From the human T2T-CHM13v2.0 reference genome, Homo sapiens, in assembly GCF_009914755.1 (NCBI RefSeq), contig NC_060938.1: a stretch of 64,000 nucleotides of DNA. The stretch is one strand, 5' to 3'. The notes under the pieces were generated by a model. It had not been told where the DNA came from, ran no database searches, and saw nothing but the letters and a program-made list of their open reading frames with translations. Both the position numbers and the translations under genes were made by a program. Every line of letters begins with the position of its first letter. The stretch's first letter is position 1. Shown piece after piece: positions 39,073 through 55,725 of this stretch.

Positions 39073-40029
39073 CCCCCTTTCTCTCCCCACATATCTCTCC
39101 AGGACGCCTCTTCCTATTTGTCCAGAGAATATTCCAAGACTCGCCTTTGCCTGTCTCTGGGACAGCAATCCACAGAGAAGTCTGAGTCGTGGTAGGTGCA
39201 AGCCCATGGAATTCTCTTTGCCCCCAACCCTGCTGTGGCCACTTTCACACCCTCTGTCAGAACGCGCCTCTCCAGCAGCGTAGGGCAGCCAGGCAGCCCT
39301 TAATGGTAATAGCTGTAACTACAGCCAATTTCCAATAATTGGCGGCCTTTGCCAGGGAATTCCTGCCTGTCCCAGCAGCTCCTTCTTGCTGCCTTTGATC
39401 TCTACCAGTCTCTGTGAGACACAAAATAATGTTGTCATCTTCAATTACTCCAAGGGACAGAGTGGCCTTGACCTCGCCACCGACGTCCCCAGCCCACATG
39501 GGGTAGTGGCAGCCATGAGGGAGGCTGGGCCGTGGACAAGGGGAGTCCCCAGGCCCATTCATGGGGTTGGTGCTTCTGGAAACCCCACTGCTACTATGTG
39601 TGAAGATGGGCCCCCCAGCTGAGGGTGTGGAGAGCATGCCGGCAGATACTAACAAGCACAGGCTGTACAGGTTGCCAGACGCCTCCTCTGTGCTAGGCAC
39701 ATGCCTTCTCTGATCCTCTAAGAAACTCCTTTGCCAGGATATATTATTATCTCCATTTTACGAAGGAGGAAACTCAGGCTCAGAGATAGTCACAGGCATG
39801 GCCAGTGGGTGGTGGGGGCAGTTCAGCCCTGGGTGCTGGGCTCAGGTTCAGAGCTTTTTCCATGTGGCACAGCTCCCCGGGTCTGTGAATGAGACGCACG
39901 CTCCACCTTCCCTACAGGCTCTTGAGTTCCTTGAGGACAGAAACTGGGTGTCCTTCGGATCCACCGCCTCCCAGGGCTGCTAGCACAGAGCTGGGTGTGG
40001 TGTAAATGCTCAGCCGACCCTTGTCAAGC

Positions 40030-40520
40030 CCAGGGGTCAGTTCCTTGGTCCTCTTCTTTTATCAGTTACACTTACTCCTTGGTTATCTCATCTAAGCTCG
40101 GAGCTTTATTTCCCCACCTATACACTGATAACTCCCACCTTTACATCTTCCCATAGCCAACTGCAGGTGTGATATCTAGCAGGTGTCTCAAATTCAACTC
40201 GTCCCAAACTGGCCTCCTTATTTTTTCTCCAAAACCAGCTCTTCCACAATTTTCCTGATCTTTGTATTTGGGTTCTCTAACTTTGCAGTTACTCTGGCTA
40301 AAAACCGTGGGGTCATTCTCATCTCCTTCATTTCTCAGGTATTTTACCTTCAATCCACAAGGACATCTTGTCAGTTTAACCTCAAAAAAAATCTATAATC
40401 CAACTAGTTCTTCCTGCCTTCACTGCCACCATCAGCTCTCACTGGCATCACTGCCATGGCTTCCTGACCTGTCTGCCTACATCCATCCCTGCTCCCCTGC
40501 ATCCTGTTAACCACTAAGGT
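40030..40520 (+). mobile_element. L2 fragment
   Basis: atctcatctaagctc...tctagcaggtgtctcaaattcaac...aaaaccgtggggtcattct. Confidence 0.65.
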
Positions 40521-41102
40521 GATGATGCTTCTCTGCCCCAGCCCTCTTGTGGCCCCTCATCTCTCCCATGGGGAGATTCACTGAGGCCACTGACATAGTG
40601 CCTGTCATTCATGAAAGGGGACTGCTATGGTGAATGGAATGATAAAGGCCATAGCATGGTCATGGAAACACAGGGCAGAGGGGACTCATTCCAACCATTG
40701 GAAGGAGAGGGCTTCCAGAAGGAGGCATCATTGGTTCTAAGCTTTGAACCCTGAGTCTGTCTATTATGTTGTCTAGAGACATGCAGATAATAGTGCCTGT
40801 AACACTGCACTCTGGCGAGGGTGTCCACCGAGGGCTGATTCCACCAGACAGTCTGTCCCAGCTCTCTCTGTGCTCCTGTGTGCCAGCACTGGGTAGGTTC
40901 TCCAGGTTGCCCAGGGCCCAACATCCTCATTGCAGAAGCAGATATTCCAGCGGGCTCAACAGAAGCAACTATGCACACGAGAATGCTCCTTGAGAGTGGC
41001 ATAAGGGCTGTTACTATTATTATTTATTTAATATAATATAACAATAAATTCCTTCACCTGCTTCTTTCTCATCCATTGGTGTGAGCTCAAAGGATGCAGA
41101 TC

Positions 41103-41421
41103 TTTTTTTTTTCTTTTCTTTTCTTTTTTTTTTTTTTGGAGATGGAGTTTTTCTCTTCTTGCCCAAGCTGGAGTGCCATGGCGCTATCTTGGCTCACTGC
41201 AACCTCCGCCTCCGAGGTTCAAGCGATTCTCTTGCCTTAGCCTTCTGAGTAGCTGGGATTACAGGCACACGCCAGGACGTCCGGCTAATTTTTTGTATCT
41301 TTAGTAGAAAAAGGTTTCACCATGTTAGCTAGGCTGGTCTCGAACTCCTGACCTCAGGTGATCTGCCTGCCTTGGCCTCCCAAAGTTCTGGGATTATAGG
41401 CATGAGCCACAGCACCTGGCC
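41103..41421 (-). mobile_element. AluS
   Basis: Poly-T then antisense Alu dimer. Confidence 0.94.
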
Positions 41422-43114
41422 AGATCATTTTTAATGTTAGCCAGAACTAAGGAAAGGCCCCGTTTCAACTGCAAAAAGTCCAGACCAGCGGAGTTGAGCT
41501 TCACTCCTCCTCCACTTTCTGGGATCTGGTCCCATGCGTGCTACATGGATGATCTCACTTCTTTTTCATGTAGTCCTGCAAGGTAGGTACTACTGTCACC
41601 ACTTTACAGGCTGGGTGGTGAAGCCACCTGCTCACAGTGCCACCGCCAGTGAAGGGCAGAGCCAAGACAGGAATCAGGTCTGTCTGTCACCAAAGTGCCA
41701 TGTTCTTAGCCACTATACTGCACTACAGCCTGGGAGACTTGCAGAGCCACGGGGAAGTCACACGTGGATCTTTCTTTCTAGGCTGATCCATGACCTACCT
41801 CTCAGTTCCTGGGCAGGTGAGTGCCGACCCGAAGTGCTTGCTCCGTGGGCTTGTCCTGCCTTGCACCCACTGCAATGCCTTCCAGGTTGAGGTGCGCTGG
41901 GCACACGCCCAGAGACCTTTGCACTGCCGTTTGAAAAGTTATTTAATGAGAAACTTTTTGTACTTCTCTTGTCCTCTTGCCAGAGGCTTCTGTATACATA
42001 ACTCTGCAAACTGCTCTGCTATTTGCTCATAGAAGTCAAGTTGATTTTTAGTCTCTCTTCCTTCTATGTAGATCCCTCTAAATAGTTCTATGGCCATTTC
42101 CTTTTTTATAACTATATATCTTTATAACTATGTCTTCCTTTATTTATAGGTGTATGTAGGTGCTATTCTTTCTCCTTTATTTATAAGCATTTCAACAGAG
42201 GACCAGGATCTGAAGCCAAAAAGTGAGAATTATCTGGGTCTTTTAGTTTTTTTGTTTTTTAATATTTATGGGTACATAGTAGGTATATATATTTGTGTGG
42301 TACATAAGATATATGGATACGGAGAATTGCCTGTTTATTCATCGAAGACCTAGAAAATAATTCACAGAGAGCAGGTCAGGTTCAATGTGAAGCTTCCATA
42401 AAGTCAAATTCCTGCTGCAGAAAAATGTGGGGAGAATCAAAGTTCTGGCCCTGAGCCTCATCAGCTCTGAGCCTTCGCCCTCCTCCCCTCCTGTGCAGGG
42501 GGTGGAAACCACATGGGCTTTGGCATCAGAAGGACGGGGACTCAAATTCCAGCTCTGCCAGTGTCCTTGGGCATGTTCCTAAACTGCCCTGATGATGTTT
42601 ACCTGGCAAGATCTTGGGAGGATTGGTGTCATAAAGCTCACAAAGGTCCCAGCACAGAGGCCAACACACAGATGGTGCCCAACTCTCTTTGTGGGCTGTG
42701 CCTTGACTCCCGAAAGATTAGGTGTGTGGGCGGAGCCGGACAAAGGCACAATGCCATGCTGATCCGGCCAGTCTGTTTCCTGCCTGGGGCGTGTTCTCTC
42801 ACAGCAAGGCCCCGGAGAGAACTCCAGGAAGAGACACACTGAGAAAGTGAGCTTTTATGGACCACACTAGCTCACACCCAATTATTATCATGATGAAATG
42901 GTTTTCCCAAGGGCTGGTATGAAAGATTGTAGATTTTGTGGATTCCTTGCTTTGGTTTTATTTCCTTCCACCAACTTAATGATGGGTCACTTCGCTAGTG
43001 ACCTGTCATACACCAGCCCCACCTTGGTAAACAGCAGCAGGATGTGATTTTTGAGTCAGTTTCTCTATATGCTGGAAACATTGTGAGCGGGGATGAGGGA
43101 GAGGGCAGAGATTG

Positions 43115-44075
43115 GTTTGTTCAATCAACAAATATTTATTGAGCTCCTGATAAGTGCCAGACATGGTGCTAGCACCAGGGATGTGGAAATGAACAGGTGC
43201 CTCCCCTCATGGAGCTTACATTCTCTTATGGAGGCTGAATAAGCAAATAAAATGTCAGGTAGCAGTAAGTGCTATGAAGACATGTAAGGCAGGGCAGGAG
43301 GATGGAGAGAAATGAAGGGAAGAGATGGTGCTGTTTGAGATAGAGTGGTTAGGAAGGGGCTCTCTGAAGAAGTGACATTTGAACAAGGACTTGAATGAGG
43401 ATGTTACCTATGTGAGGAACAGCAAATGTAAAGACACTGAGGTGGTGTATTAGTCAGCTATTGCTACAATGATGCTGCATAATACACATCCTATGACTCA
43501 GTGGCTGAAAACAATAATTATTTGTTCTTGATGATGCTTCTGCAGGTCCACTAGTGAGCGGCTGATGTAGGATGGGCTCAGCTGGGCTTGACTTCAAGCT
43601 GCATATCTGTGTCTCTCATCCTCTTTGCATCAGCAGGCTAGGGAGGGCATGTTCTCAGGTTGGTGGCAGCAGAGGGATAGGACAAACAGAAAGAAGTGAT
43701 TCACTTTAGGGCCTCACTTGGAACTGACACACCGTGAGTCTACTCATATTTTACTGACCAAGACATAGCACAACGCCAAGCTTAACATCCATGGAGCTGA
43801 GAAGTATACTGTACCTCTAGTAGTAGGAATGGCAAATGGCAGAGGGCATGGACAGGGAGATGGGTGAAGAATTGGGAACATCAGTGCTGTCTGCCACAAG
43901 TGGGAACTAGCTTTGTGTGCTGAAGCATCAGCAACAAGGTCGGGATGGCCAATGTGGAGTGAATGAGGCGGAGAGGGGAAAAGATGAGGTCAGGACCTGG
44001 ATGGCAGCCACTTCATAAATGTCCTTGATAAGAAGTTGGACTTATTCTAAGTGTAATGGGAAGCCACTGGAGGCT
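43115..44075 (-). mobile_element. L2 with a nested MLT1-type LTR (about 43446-43900)
   Basis: tcaacaaatatttattgagc...ccctcatggagcttacattct; nested block starts tgtattagtcagctattgct. Confidence 0.72.
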
Positions 44076-44713
44076 GGTTTTTTTCCTTTAATTTTAATTG
44101 GCATATATCACATACTATAAAGCACACAAATATTAGTTAAATATACAGTTCGATGATAAGTTTTTAGAAAGTGAAAAGTTAGTTTTGACTTTTTTTAGCT
44201 TTATATAAATGGAATTAAACTGTACATATTCCTTTGTGCCTGTTTTCTTTTGATCAGCTTTATGTCTGTGAGATTCATCTATGTCCTCACCTGGAGCAGT
44301 TATATCCTCCCCTATCACTGTATGGTATTCATTATATGACTATACCTCAATTTATTGATCTTTTCTATTGTTGATGGACATTTGAGTAGTTGCCAGTTTT
44401 GGGCTATGAAGAATAATCCTGCTAAGAATATTTTGTTTGTGTTTTCTGCTGCACAGATATAAACATTTCTGTTTGGTATATACGGAGGAGTGTGTATGTA
44501 CCTGTTAATAGGGTATATGTATGGTCAGCTTTAGTAAATATGGCCAATAAATGTCATTATATATGTTAATATAGAAAACAGTATATTAATATATTACATA
44601 ATATATAACAATATATATTACTATGTGTTATACAGATGTATAAAGGTATAAAACAAGTGTCTTCTCCTACTGTATGGCTTGCCTTTTGACTCTTAAAAGT
44701 GTCACTCAGTGAA

Positions 44714-45005
44714 GACTGGGCGTGGTGGCTCACACCTGTAATCCCAGCACTTTGGGAGGCTGAGGCAGGAGGATTGCTTGAGGCCAGGAGTTCGAGACCA
44801 GCCCTGGCAACATAGCAAGACCCTGTCTCTACAAAAAAAGTTGAAAATTAACTAGGTGTGGTGCTATGCACTTATAGTCCCAGCTACTTGGGAAGCTGAG
44901 GTGTGAGGGATCACTTGAAGTTGGGAGTTTGAGGCTGCACTGAGCTCTGATCACACCACTGCACTGTAGCCCGAGTGAGACCCTGTCTCAAAAAAAAAAA
45001 AAAAA
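44714..45005 (+). mobile_element. AluJ
   Basis: Full dimer; TSD aaaagtgtca(c/t)t(c/t)agtg. Confidence 0.92.
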
Positions 45006-45406
45006 GTGTCATTTAGTGGACAGAAGTTCTTGGTTTTAATGTAATTCAATTCCTCAACTTTTTCCTTTATGGCTAATGCCTTTTGTATTCAGTTAAATGA
45101 ATCTTTATCTTTACAAAGATCACAAATGTAATCTCCTATGTTTTCCTCTAGAAGCTTTATTGTTTTATTTTCAACATTTAAGGACTTGTATAGAGAATAT
45201 TTAATGAACTGATACAGATCAAAAAGAAAAAGAATGGAGAGTTGTTGGTCAAAGGCACAAAGTTTCAGATAGAATGAGATTTGAGATCTATTGTATAGCA
45301 CAGTGACTACAGCCAATAATAATGTATATTTTAAAATAACTTAGAAAGTGAATGTCCAATGTCTCACCACAAAAAATAATAAGTGAGGTGTTATATATGC
45401 TGATTA

Positions 45407-45817
<411 letters not shown>

Positions 45818-46207
45818 TTAATATTTGTCAGTTAAAATAATATTAATAAAACATTTTTAAAGAAAAAGACAAGCCAATTTTTTAAATGAGTAAGATTATT
45901 GAATAGGATCTTCACAAAAGGGGACATTCATATGGCCAATAAGCACACAAAAATGTCTGCAACATCATTAGTTATCAAAGAAGTATACATTTAAGTTATA
46001 TGAGATTTCACTTCACATCCACCAAAATGACTAAAATTAAACAAAACATAGAAAATACCAAGTGTTTATGAGGATGTGCAGCAATTGCTGGTGGGACAGC
46101 ATATTAAATACAACCACTTTGGAAAACTTGTGGTTTCTACTAAAGTTGGACATACATAGACCCTATTAGTATACACATCAGATGGGCCCAGGTTGAGGAT
46201 AATCCTA

Positions 46208-46567
<360 letters not shown>

Positions 46568-46619
46568 GAATAAGGATCCATTCCAGATTGAAGGGGATAA
46601 AGAGAAACAACAATGAACT

Positions 46620-47430
46620 AGAACATCACGTGAGAGTGTTAAGCAAAGGAGTGGAATGATATAACTTGTTGTTTTTAAAGATCAGTCTGGCTGCTGCATG
46701 GCGAGCAAATGGGGCAGGTTGTGGCAGCAAGGAGGTGTTAGGAGACTCTTGCAATAATCCAAGAAAAAGGTAATCATGATGGGGATCAGGGTGGAAACAG
46801 GAAGGAGGGAAGTAATCAGATTCCAGAGATATTTTGAAGATATTGACAGCAATTGCTAGTAGGAGAGGGAGAACAAGAATGCAATAATGACCATGCAAGG
46901 TTTTTGGCCTGACCATCTGGATGATCAGTGACATCATCACTGAGATGGGTGAGGCCAGGGGGCTGGTACAGGTCTAAGTGTGGTGAGGTAAGCAGTAGCA
47001 ATCATGAGTTCAAAATTTAAGACATCCAAGGGGAGGGAAGTGTCAAATAGGCATTTGGCATTGTCAATCTGAAGCTTAGAAGAGAAGACAGAGCTGGAGA
47101 TAAATGCCTTAGTGTTACCAGTGTATAAATGGTGTTTAATGCCTTAAGAATGGACAAGGTCACTAAGGGAGTGATTGTAGGAAGAGGAGAGGAGAGAACA
47201 AGAGAGGAAAGGAGAGAATGACTGGGGAAGAGAAGAGAATGATGGGGAGAGGAGGAGACATCTGGAATGAGCAGCCAGCTAAGGAGAAAAGCCAGAGAAA
47301 TGTGGTGGTCCAGAAAGCAAGTGAAGGAAGTGTTTCAAGATGGATGCCGCCGAGAAGCATTTAACATGGTTAATCACTATTAACCATGAAGGGTAAGAAT
47401 CGACCACTGAATTCGCAAAAAGAAAGTGTA
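46620..47430 (-). mobile_element. L2 fragment
   Basis: tttaaagatcagtctggctgctg...tgcaataatccaag...aggtttttggcctga...gtgtcaaataggca. Confidence 0.75.
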
Positions 47431-48034
47431 AAGACTATTGACTAAAAGTGAGACAAGTGAGACTGGGTAAATGGATTTCCTTCATAGACTGTCTGAGGCA
47501 GGGCATGTACAGTGTCTGATGGAGGGCTCATAATCACAGTTATTGTTGCTCCACTGAGAATAGGTCCTTTGCACCTCTGGAGTCACAGAAATGGCAGCCC
47601 AGCAAAGAGTGAAGGAACAGCCATCGCCACTCAAAACATGGTCACAGTGGCCTCAGAACCTTGGGATTTGCAAGGCACTTGACACTTTGTTGCAAAGACC
47701 TAACATGAACCACACTCTTGCTACTATTCATCAGTCTCTATTTCTAGGTGAATGGGGTAGAAAAATATAGATAAAATTTTATGCAGGGAAAATCCCATCA
47801 TCATTTTAGCCATCAAGGCCCCCTTAAAACTGCTCAGCAGAGGTGGTAACTTAGCGCAAGATTCACTGAGGAGGATTTCATTCTTTTCCTAGCATATTGA
47901 TGACAGATTTATTTTTTAATTTGCGGTTTTTTGATGCATCCATCCATTCATTCACTAGTAACTCATTCATTCAATTATCCTTGCAGAATAGGGGCACACT
48001 AGGGCTATGGAAATGCATAAGCCATGGTTTGAAG

Positions 48035-48036
<2 letters not shown>

Positions 48037-48064
<28 letters not shown>
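48037..48064. repeat. (TG)n microsatellite
   Basis: About 14 perfect TG units. Confidence 0.95.
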
Positions 48065-48067
<3 letters not shown>

Positions 48068-48465
48068 GCGGGGGGTGAGGGGGTATGACAGCAGCAGGTT
48101 GAAGACCTTGCAGTGAGTAGGATTAGTGCCCAGGATAGGGGCAGAGGACGCGCTACAGGGAGCGCAGAATAAGAGAGAGGTCAGCTTCATCTGGAGAGGT
48201 GGGAACAGCCTGCCAATGTGGCCATGGCTTGACTGGGGCTTGAAGAAAGAGCCTAAGTGTTCTAGCCTGGGAGTGGGATGGGCAGGCATCCAGGGCGAAA
48301 ACAATATAGGCAAAGGCAGGAAATCAAAAGCCTTGGGAGAGCTTGGGGCATGAAGGCAGAGAAGACTTGGAAGGGCTGAGCCTGGACAGGTATGGATAGT
48401 AATGATTAGTAGTAAGAATAGCACTGGCTAACACTTACTTATTTAGTTGAATAATACCATTTATT

Positions 48466-48771
<306 letters not shown>

Positions 48772-49546
48772 TTATTGAGTGCTTGCTGTGTGTCAGGCCC
48801 TTTAAGTGGAAAGAATATTCTGTCTTGTAGTGTTTAGCTGGGAATATTTTATTCATTTTTATCAAGGCCCTTAGATAATGACTCAAATGAATGGACTGCT
48901 GAACTCTGGAGTGGAGACTAGACCACGAAGGTAGAACTTGCAAAGGAAGTGGCTGAAGACTGCTTTTGTGACTTTTGTCTGCTCATCCACCGCAGGACAG
49001 ACACAAAGGACAGGCCCAGGGATTGGAGGATTCCTAAGTGAAGCGGTCTCTATGCTGAGCTGTGAGTGGCCCCTCCCAGCTCCACCTCCCCACCTCCAAC
49101 CCCACATCCAATCAGGGATGCATGGGTAGTGCTTTTCTCTCATCCAAGCTAGTTAGGGGGCTTTGAGGAAGCCTCAGAGAGTGTAATACCTGTTTCCTCC
49201 AGCTTCAGAGACACAGTGGGCTGTTGTTTGACTCACCCTTGAAGAATCCCAAGACCTTTACAAGGCTGCATGAAGTGGCTTTGGCAACAGAGCAGGGCAG
49301 CACAGCTGTGCTCCTGTTGACAAGGGGCAGATGATGCAGAAGAGTCCCCAGGAGCCAAGATGCTGTCTGGCCCTTAGGTCCCTACATCAGGCCCTGGCCA
49401 AGGGACTGAAGAAGCTTTAATTCTGAATGAAGTTAGGAATGTTGGCCACTATCTCAAATGAATGTAATATTTACTAAAATGAGATCAGGAGACCACTGTA
49501 ATAGCAGGATTATTAGTAGTAATAGCAGTATCTAAGAGTGAGCATG

Positions 49547-49988
<442 letters not shown>

Positions 49989-51169
49989 TCAGTGCCTGCA
50001 CCTTATGAATTCTCCTCATTTGATGCAATAGTTACAGGCCTTCCAGCAATTCTAAAAGGTTGATTCTATTATTATTCCTATTATATAGATAAGCAATATG
50101 AGGCACACAGGTATTGAGAGGTCTTATGGCAGCTCCAGAATTTCAATATAGGCCAGGACAATGCATCTCCCTTCAAGTGGAGGAGGAGATACGATATTTG
50201 TGTTGAAGCTATTCCCATAACAAGCCAGCTATTTTCCTCCTGGACTGAAGTCTATGGGAATGGCTTGGGAGGGAGGAGGCTGATGGAGATAGGGGTGGAG
50301 GTAGTTAAGGCACCCTCCCAAGCTGGTTTTGGGGCTCCCAGTGGGTGAGACCCAAGGCAGAGAGACCCCTTTAGAGGCAACTGCAACAGTCCTGGGGTGG
50401 GTCTGGGTACTTGGACCCTGCCCTTGGGATGGAGATGCCAGGAGGAATTCAGGAGAAGCGAAAGGTCAGAAATTTCCCCTGGAGTAGGATTCAGGAAAAA
50501 AGGGATTACAGGAAGACACCCACATTTCTGCTTCCAAAGAGAAGCAACTTTCATGGAGATGGGGAGAAAAAGCCAAACAACCATGCATCAGGCAGCCTCA
50601 GAGAAACAAATGGAGGGGGCATGAGGCATCTAGAAACATGAGCCCTGGAAAATGAGGACTGGGCACCTTTGACATTTGCACAGCCCAGAGAAGCAGTCCC
50701 CAAGGAGCGTGGAGGCAGGAGCTAGGGGAGACAGCACAAGAATGGGAAAACCTTGGCCACGAACAGCTCCTCAGCACCCCTCGCTGGTCACGGGTGGGAG
50801 ACAGGTCATCATTGAACAAGTTGCGCTTCAGTTCCATCTTTGTCTGTGTCACCCACCCTGGGAAACACCGATCTAGCCTTTGGACATCCTTTCAGATGCG
50901 ACACAGGTTTGGAGAGGAAAGCAAAGGCCCATCCCTAAAAACTCACTGCCCTCCAAAGGGTGCTTTGGGCTTCTTTCCAACAGAAGGTGCACCCAGCCCC
51001 CCATGCCCGCTTGGTCTTGACTCCAGGAAATGACCTGTAGATTCTAGGAGACAGCTCTTATTTGTGTAACATTTTACTGGCCTCACCTGGCTCCAAAGAT
51101 ATTTACAAGTGTCAATATAAGGCAAAAAGCCCCAGCCAAGCCTTCAGCATCCCCAGCGAATGTACTTCA

Positions 51170-51255
51170 TGCACCCAAACTGAATATCTCTCTTGCCTCA
51201 CCCTAGACCTGGCCCAGGGTAAGACAAGCGAGACATTTGTCTTGGGTGCAAATTC
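51170..51255. mobile_element. MER96-like hAT terminal sequences, back to back
   Basis: cttgcctcaccctagacctggccc followed by agggtaagacaagcgagaca...gggtgcaaatt. Confidence 0.55.
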
Positions 51256-51786
51256 CCTCCAACTGGAGGGAAATAAGTGAATTCTGCACAGCCTGATGGA
51301 GTCAAGGACAAAGATTTGGGCAGGATTTGAGTCTCGGTTGTGCCTATTACCATGGACCCTGGGACAAGTCTCTACTTCCTTTTGATGGACAGTTTCTGTA
51401 AAATGGGCATGTGATTCTTACTTTGAGGTCTCAGAAGGTGACTGTGAAGATCTGATGAGATACAGGATAGGGCTTTACAAGTAGTGATATGCATGCACAG
51501 GTAAAGACACAGATATTGTATTCCAAACCTGCAAACAGCTCCCTCTCCTCAATATTTTACGGCGCTGCTTGGTGGATGTGAATGGACTCTGCACTGTACG
51601 TGGGCGTGGACTCCGAGCAGAAGCAGGGGGGTGTTCTCGGGACCCTTGTGGCTGGCCAGTTGTCCTGTCAAAGCAGCTTCTTGCTCCCCAGGGGCCAGGT
51701 AAGAAAGAGAAGGTGGCTTTGTCTACACTCAGGACAGGTCTGATGGATGGTGGCATGGAGCACTTATCTTTATTTAAAATTTTGAG

Positions 51787-52198
<412 letters not shown>

Positions 52199-53061
52199 AG
52201 TTCTATCAGTTACTGAGAGAGATGTGTTAAAATCTCCAACTATGATCATAGACTTGCCTCTTTCTCCCTTTAATTCTGTTGATTTTTGCTTTACCTGGTT
52301 TGAAGCTCTATTATTCCTAAATACACATTAAAGATTTTTTTAAATGAATTTACCCTTTTAACATCAAAAACCTTCCTCGTCTCTAGCAACACACTTGTCT
52401 TGAACTCTACTTTCTCTGACACTATTATATTCACACTCGCTTACTTATCCTCCCTGTTTTCGTGTTAGATTTTTTTCCTGTCACTTTAATTTCAGAACTG
52501 TGTTCTTCTTTATATTAAAAGCTCTCTCTTGTTAACAGCATAGAGCTAGGTCTTGCTTTGATTTTTAACTTTTTAATCCAGTCGACAATTGCTGTCTTTT
52601 AATTGGGGGGTTTATTTTATATTTAGAGTAATTATTGATGTGGTTGGATGTAAGCCTCCATTTCCTACTTATTTTCTTTTTCTTCTTTTCTTCATTCTTT
52701 ATTCTTTCTTTCAGGCTTTCTTTTGGGAAAATTGAGTATTGTTTTGTGTTCCAGTTTTACTCTCTTCAGTTATTGCCATTTTGGCTGTATCTATTTTTGT
52801 TTGTTTGTTTGTTTGTTGGGTTTTTTTTAGTAGTAATACCTTACCACTAACACTTTGGGTATTACAATATGCACCCTTAATTTATTTTGATTTACCATAA
52901 ATTAATACTATACTGCTTCATGTAAACTACAAGAACTACAATGGCATAAATCCATTTATTATTCTCTTGTCCTTTGAGCTTTTATGGTCATATTTTTATT
53001 TCTATATAAGTTATAAATGCTACAATATGTTTTAAATTTTTTCACTTTAAATGCATATATT

Positions 53062-53360
53062 GACCAGGTGAGGTGGCTCACGCCTATAACCCCAGCACTT
53101 TGGGAGGCCAAGGCAGGGGGATCACTTGAGGTCAGGAGTTTGAGACCAGCCTGGCCAACATGGTGAAACCCCATCTCTACTAAAAATACAAAAATTAGCT
53201 GGGCATGGTGGTGCACACCTGTAGTCCCAGTTACTCAGGAGGCTGAGGCAGGAGAATCACTCGAACCCAGGAGGCAGAGGTTGCAGTGAACCGAGATTGC
53301 GCCACTGAACTCCAGCCTGGGCAACAGAGCAAGACACCGTCTCAAAAAACAAAATAAAAC
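53062..53360 (+). mobile_element. AluS
   Basis: Full dimer. Confidence 0.94.
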
Positions 53361-54551
53361 ATACACGCATATCTTTTAAAGAAATTAAGAAAAAAAATGG
53401 TCATTTGTTCATATATTTAATTACCTAGTAATCTTCTTTCCTTCCTTGAGACCTGTATTTCCAACTATATCCTTTGCCTTTAGCCCAAAGAATTTTTAAA
53501 AACATTTCTTGTAGCATGGCTCTGCTGGCACTGAATTCCTTAGATTTTGTTTTTCTCAAAACATCTTTATTTTCCTGTATTTCTGAAGAAAATGTTTACT
53601 GAATGTAGAACCCTGGCTTGGTGGTTATTTTGCTTCAGCACTTTAAAGAACATGGCACCATTCTGTCCTCCATTGTTTCTATGGAGAAGGCAGCTGTCAT
53701 TCTTATCGTATCCCCGGATTTCATATATCTTTTAACTTCTGGAGTCTTTAAGATTTTCTGTTTATTTTTGCTTCTCAGGCATTTGATTATGATGTGGATT
53801 TCTTTATTTTAGTATTATTATTATTTTTTCCTTCTTGGGTTTGTTGAACTTTGGGAGCCTGTAGATGCTGGAAATTTGAAAAAAAAAATGGCCATTATTT
53901 CTTCCTATATTTTTTTCTGTCTCGTTTCCTCCGTCTTTGGGACCCTGGTTGACATATGCTAACCTGTCAGGTGTTGTCCCACTAATTACTGAGATGCTCT
54001 TCCTTATTTTTTTCAATATTATTTTCTCAGTTCAGATCATTACATCGTGTGTTTTTTTCAAGGTCATGCTCATTTCTTCCGCCACTTCTGATCTGCTTTA
54101 AGCCCATTCAATAGATTTTACAGATTTATTGATGTATAATTGCCATACAATAAATCACACATATTTAAAATGTAAACCTGGAGGAGTTTTGACATAGGTT
54201 TATGACTATACAAAGGGCACTATCCCCAAAAGCTTCCTTGGGCTACTTTGAAAGCCATTCCTCTCTCTCTGCTTTCTGATTGGTTTGCATTTTCTGGAAT
54301 TTCATGCATCTTTTCTTTTTCTGGCTCTTCCTCCCAGCATGATAGCTACGCACTTCATCCATGTTGTTGCGGGGTGCCATAGGCATCCCTGCTTGACTAC
54401 GTGCCTGTTTTTATTGTTATATAGATGCACCACCGTTTGTTGATCTGCTCATCTGCTGATGGGCCCCTGGGCTTTTTCTCGTTTTTAGCTATTAAAAATA
54501 AAACTGTTATAAGCATTCATGTAATGATCCTTGTGTGGAAATATGCTGGCA

Positions 54552-54873
<322 letters not shown>

Positions 54874-55150
54874 TGCTTGCATTTCTTTTGTGTAAATATG
54901 TAGGGATGGAATGGCTGAATCATATGTAGGTATGTATTTAGCTTTTATAAAAACCACCAAACTGTGCTTCCAACGTGGCTGTTCCATTTTACATGCCCAC
55001 CAGCAGTGCTGGACACCCTACATTGCTCTCCATCCTTAGAAATACTTGGTATGGTCTGTCTGTTTAAAATAGTGAAGAGCTTTAGAAGTGATAAATACCG
55101 TATGTTGGTAAATATAAAATATATTATTTCTTTTAGAAAATCCCTTTAAC

Positions 55151-55391
55151 GGCTTGGCAATGTTGTCCATGCCTGTAATCCCAGTGCTTTGGGAGGCTGA
55201 GGCAGGAGGATTGCTTCAGGCCAGGAGTTTGAGACCAGCCTGGGCAACATAGCAAGACCTTGTCTCTACAAAAATAAACACAAATAAAAAAAGTTAGCCA
55301 GGTGTGGTGGTGCACACCTCTAGTTCTAGATATTTGGGAGGCTGAAGTGGGAAGATGGCCTGGGTGACAGATCAAGACCCTCTCTGTAAAA

Positions 55392-55422
<31 letters not shown>

Positions 55423-55423
55423 A
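55151..55423 (+). mobile_element. AluJ with right-arm deletion and (TAAA)n tail
   Basis: Alu consensus; gtgggaagatg joins gcctgggtgacag. Confidence 0.9.
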
Positions 55424-55725
55424 TCCTTTAAAAGGTAATTATTAAAAGTAAAACTACTATCAACTAACATATTGTAAGGTGGAGTTTATAACATACATAG
55501 AAGTAAAAATATATGACAAATTAGAACAATGGCCAGGAGAGGAGAAATGGAAGTATACTGTTATAAAGTTTTCATATAGCACATGTCGTGTTATAATATC
55601 ACTTGAAGGTAGATTGTAATAAGGGAAAAATGTGTACTATAACCCTAAAGCAACCACTAAAAGAAAACAGAGAGGGGTAGCCAAGAAGCCCACAAGAGAT
55701 AAAATAGGATCATAAAAGAATTCTC

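Noticed and set aside
42373-43004. DR0 (AGGTCAGGTTCA, 42373-42384) and IR9 (GGGTCA n9 TGACCT, 42984-43004)
   Set aside because: Isolated, with no supporting context; a few such pairs are expected by chance in 64 kb.
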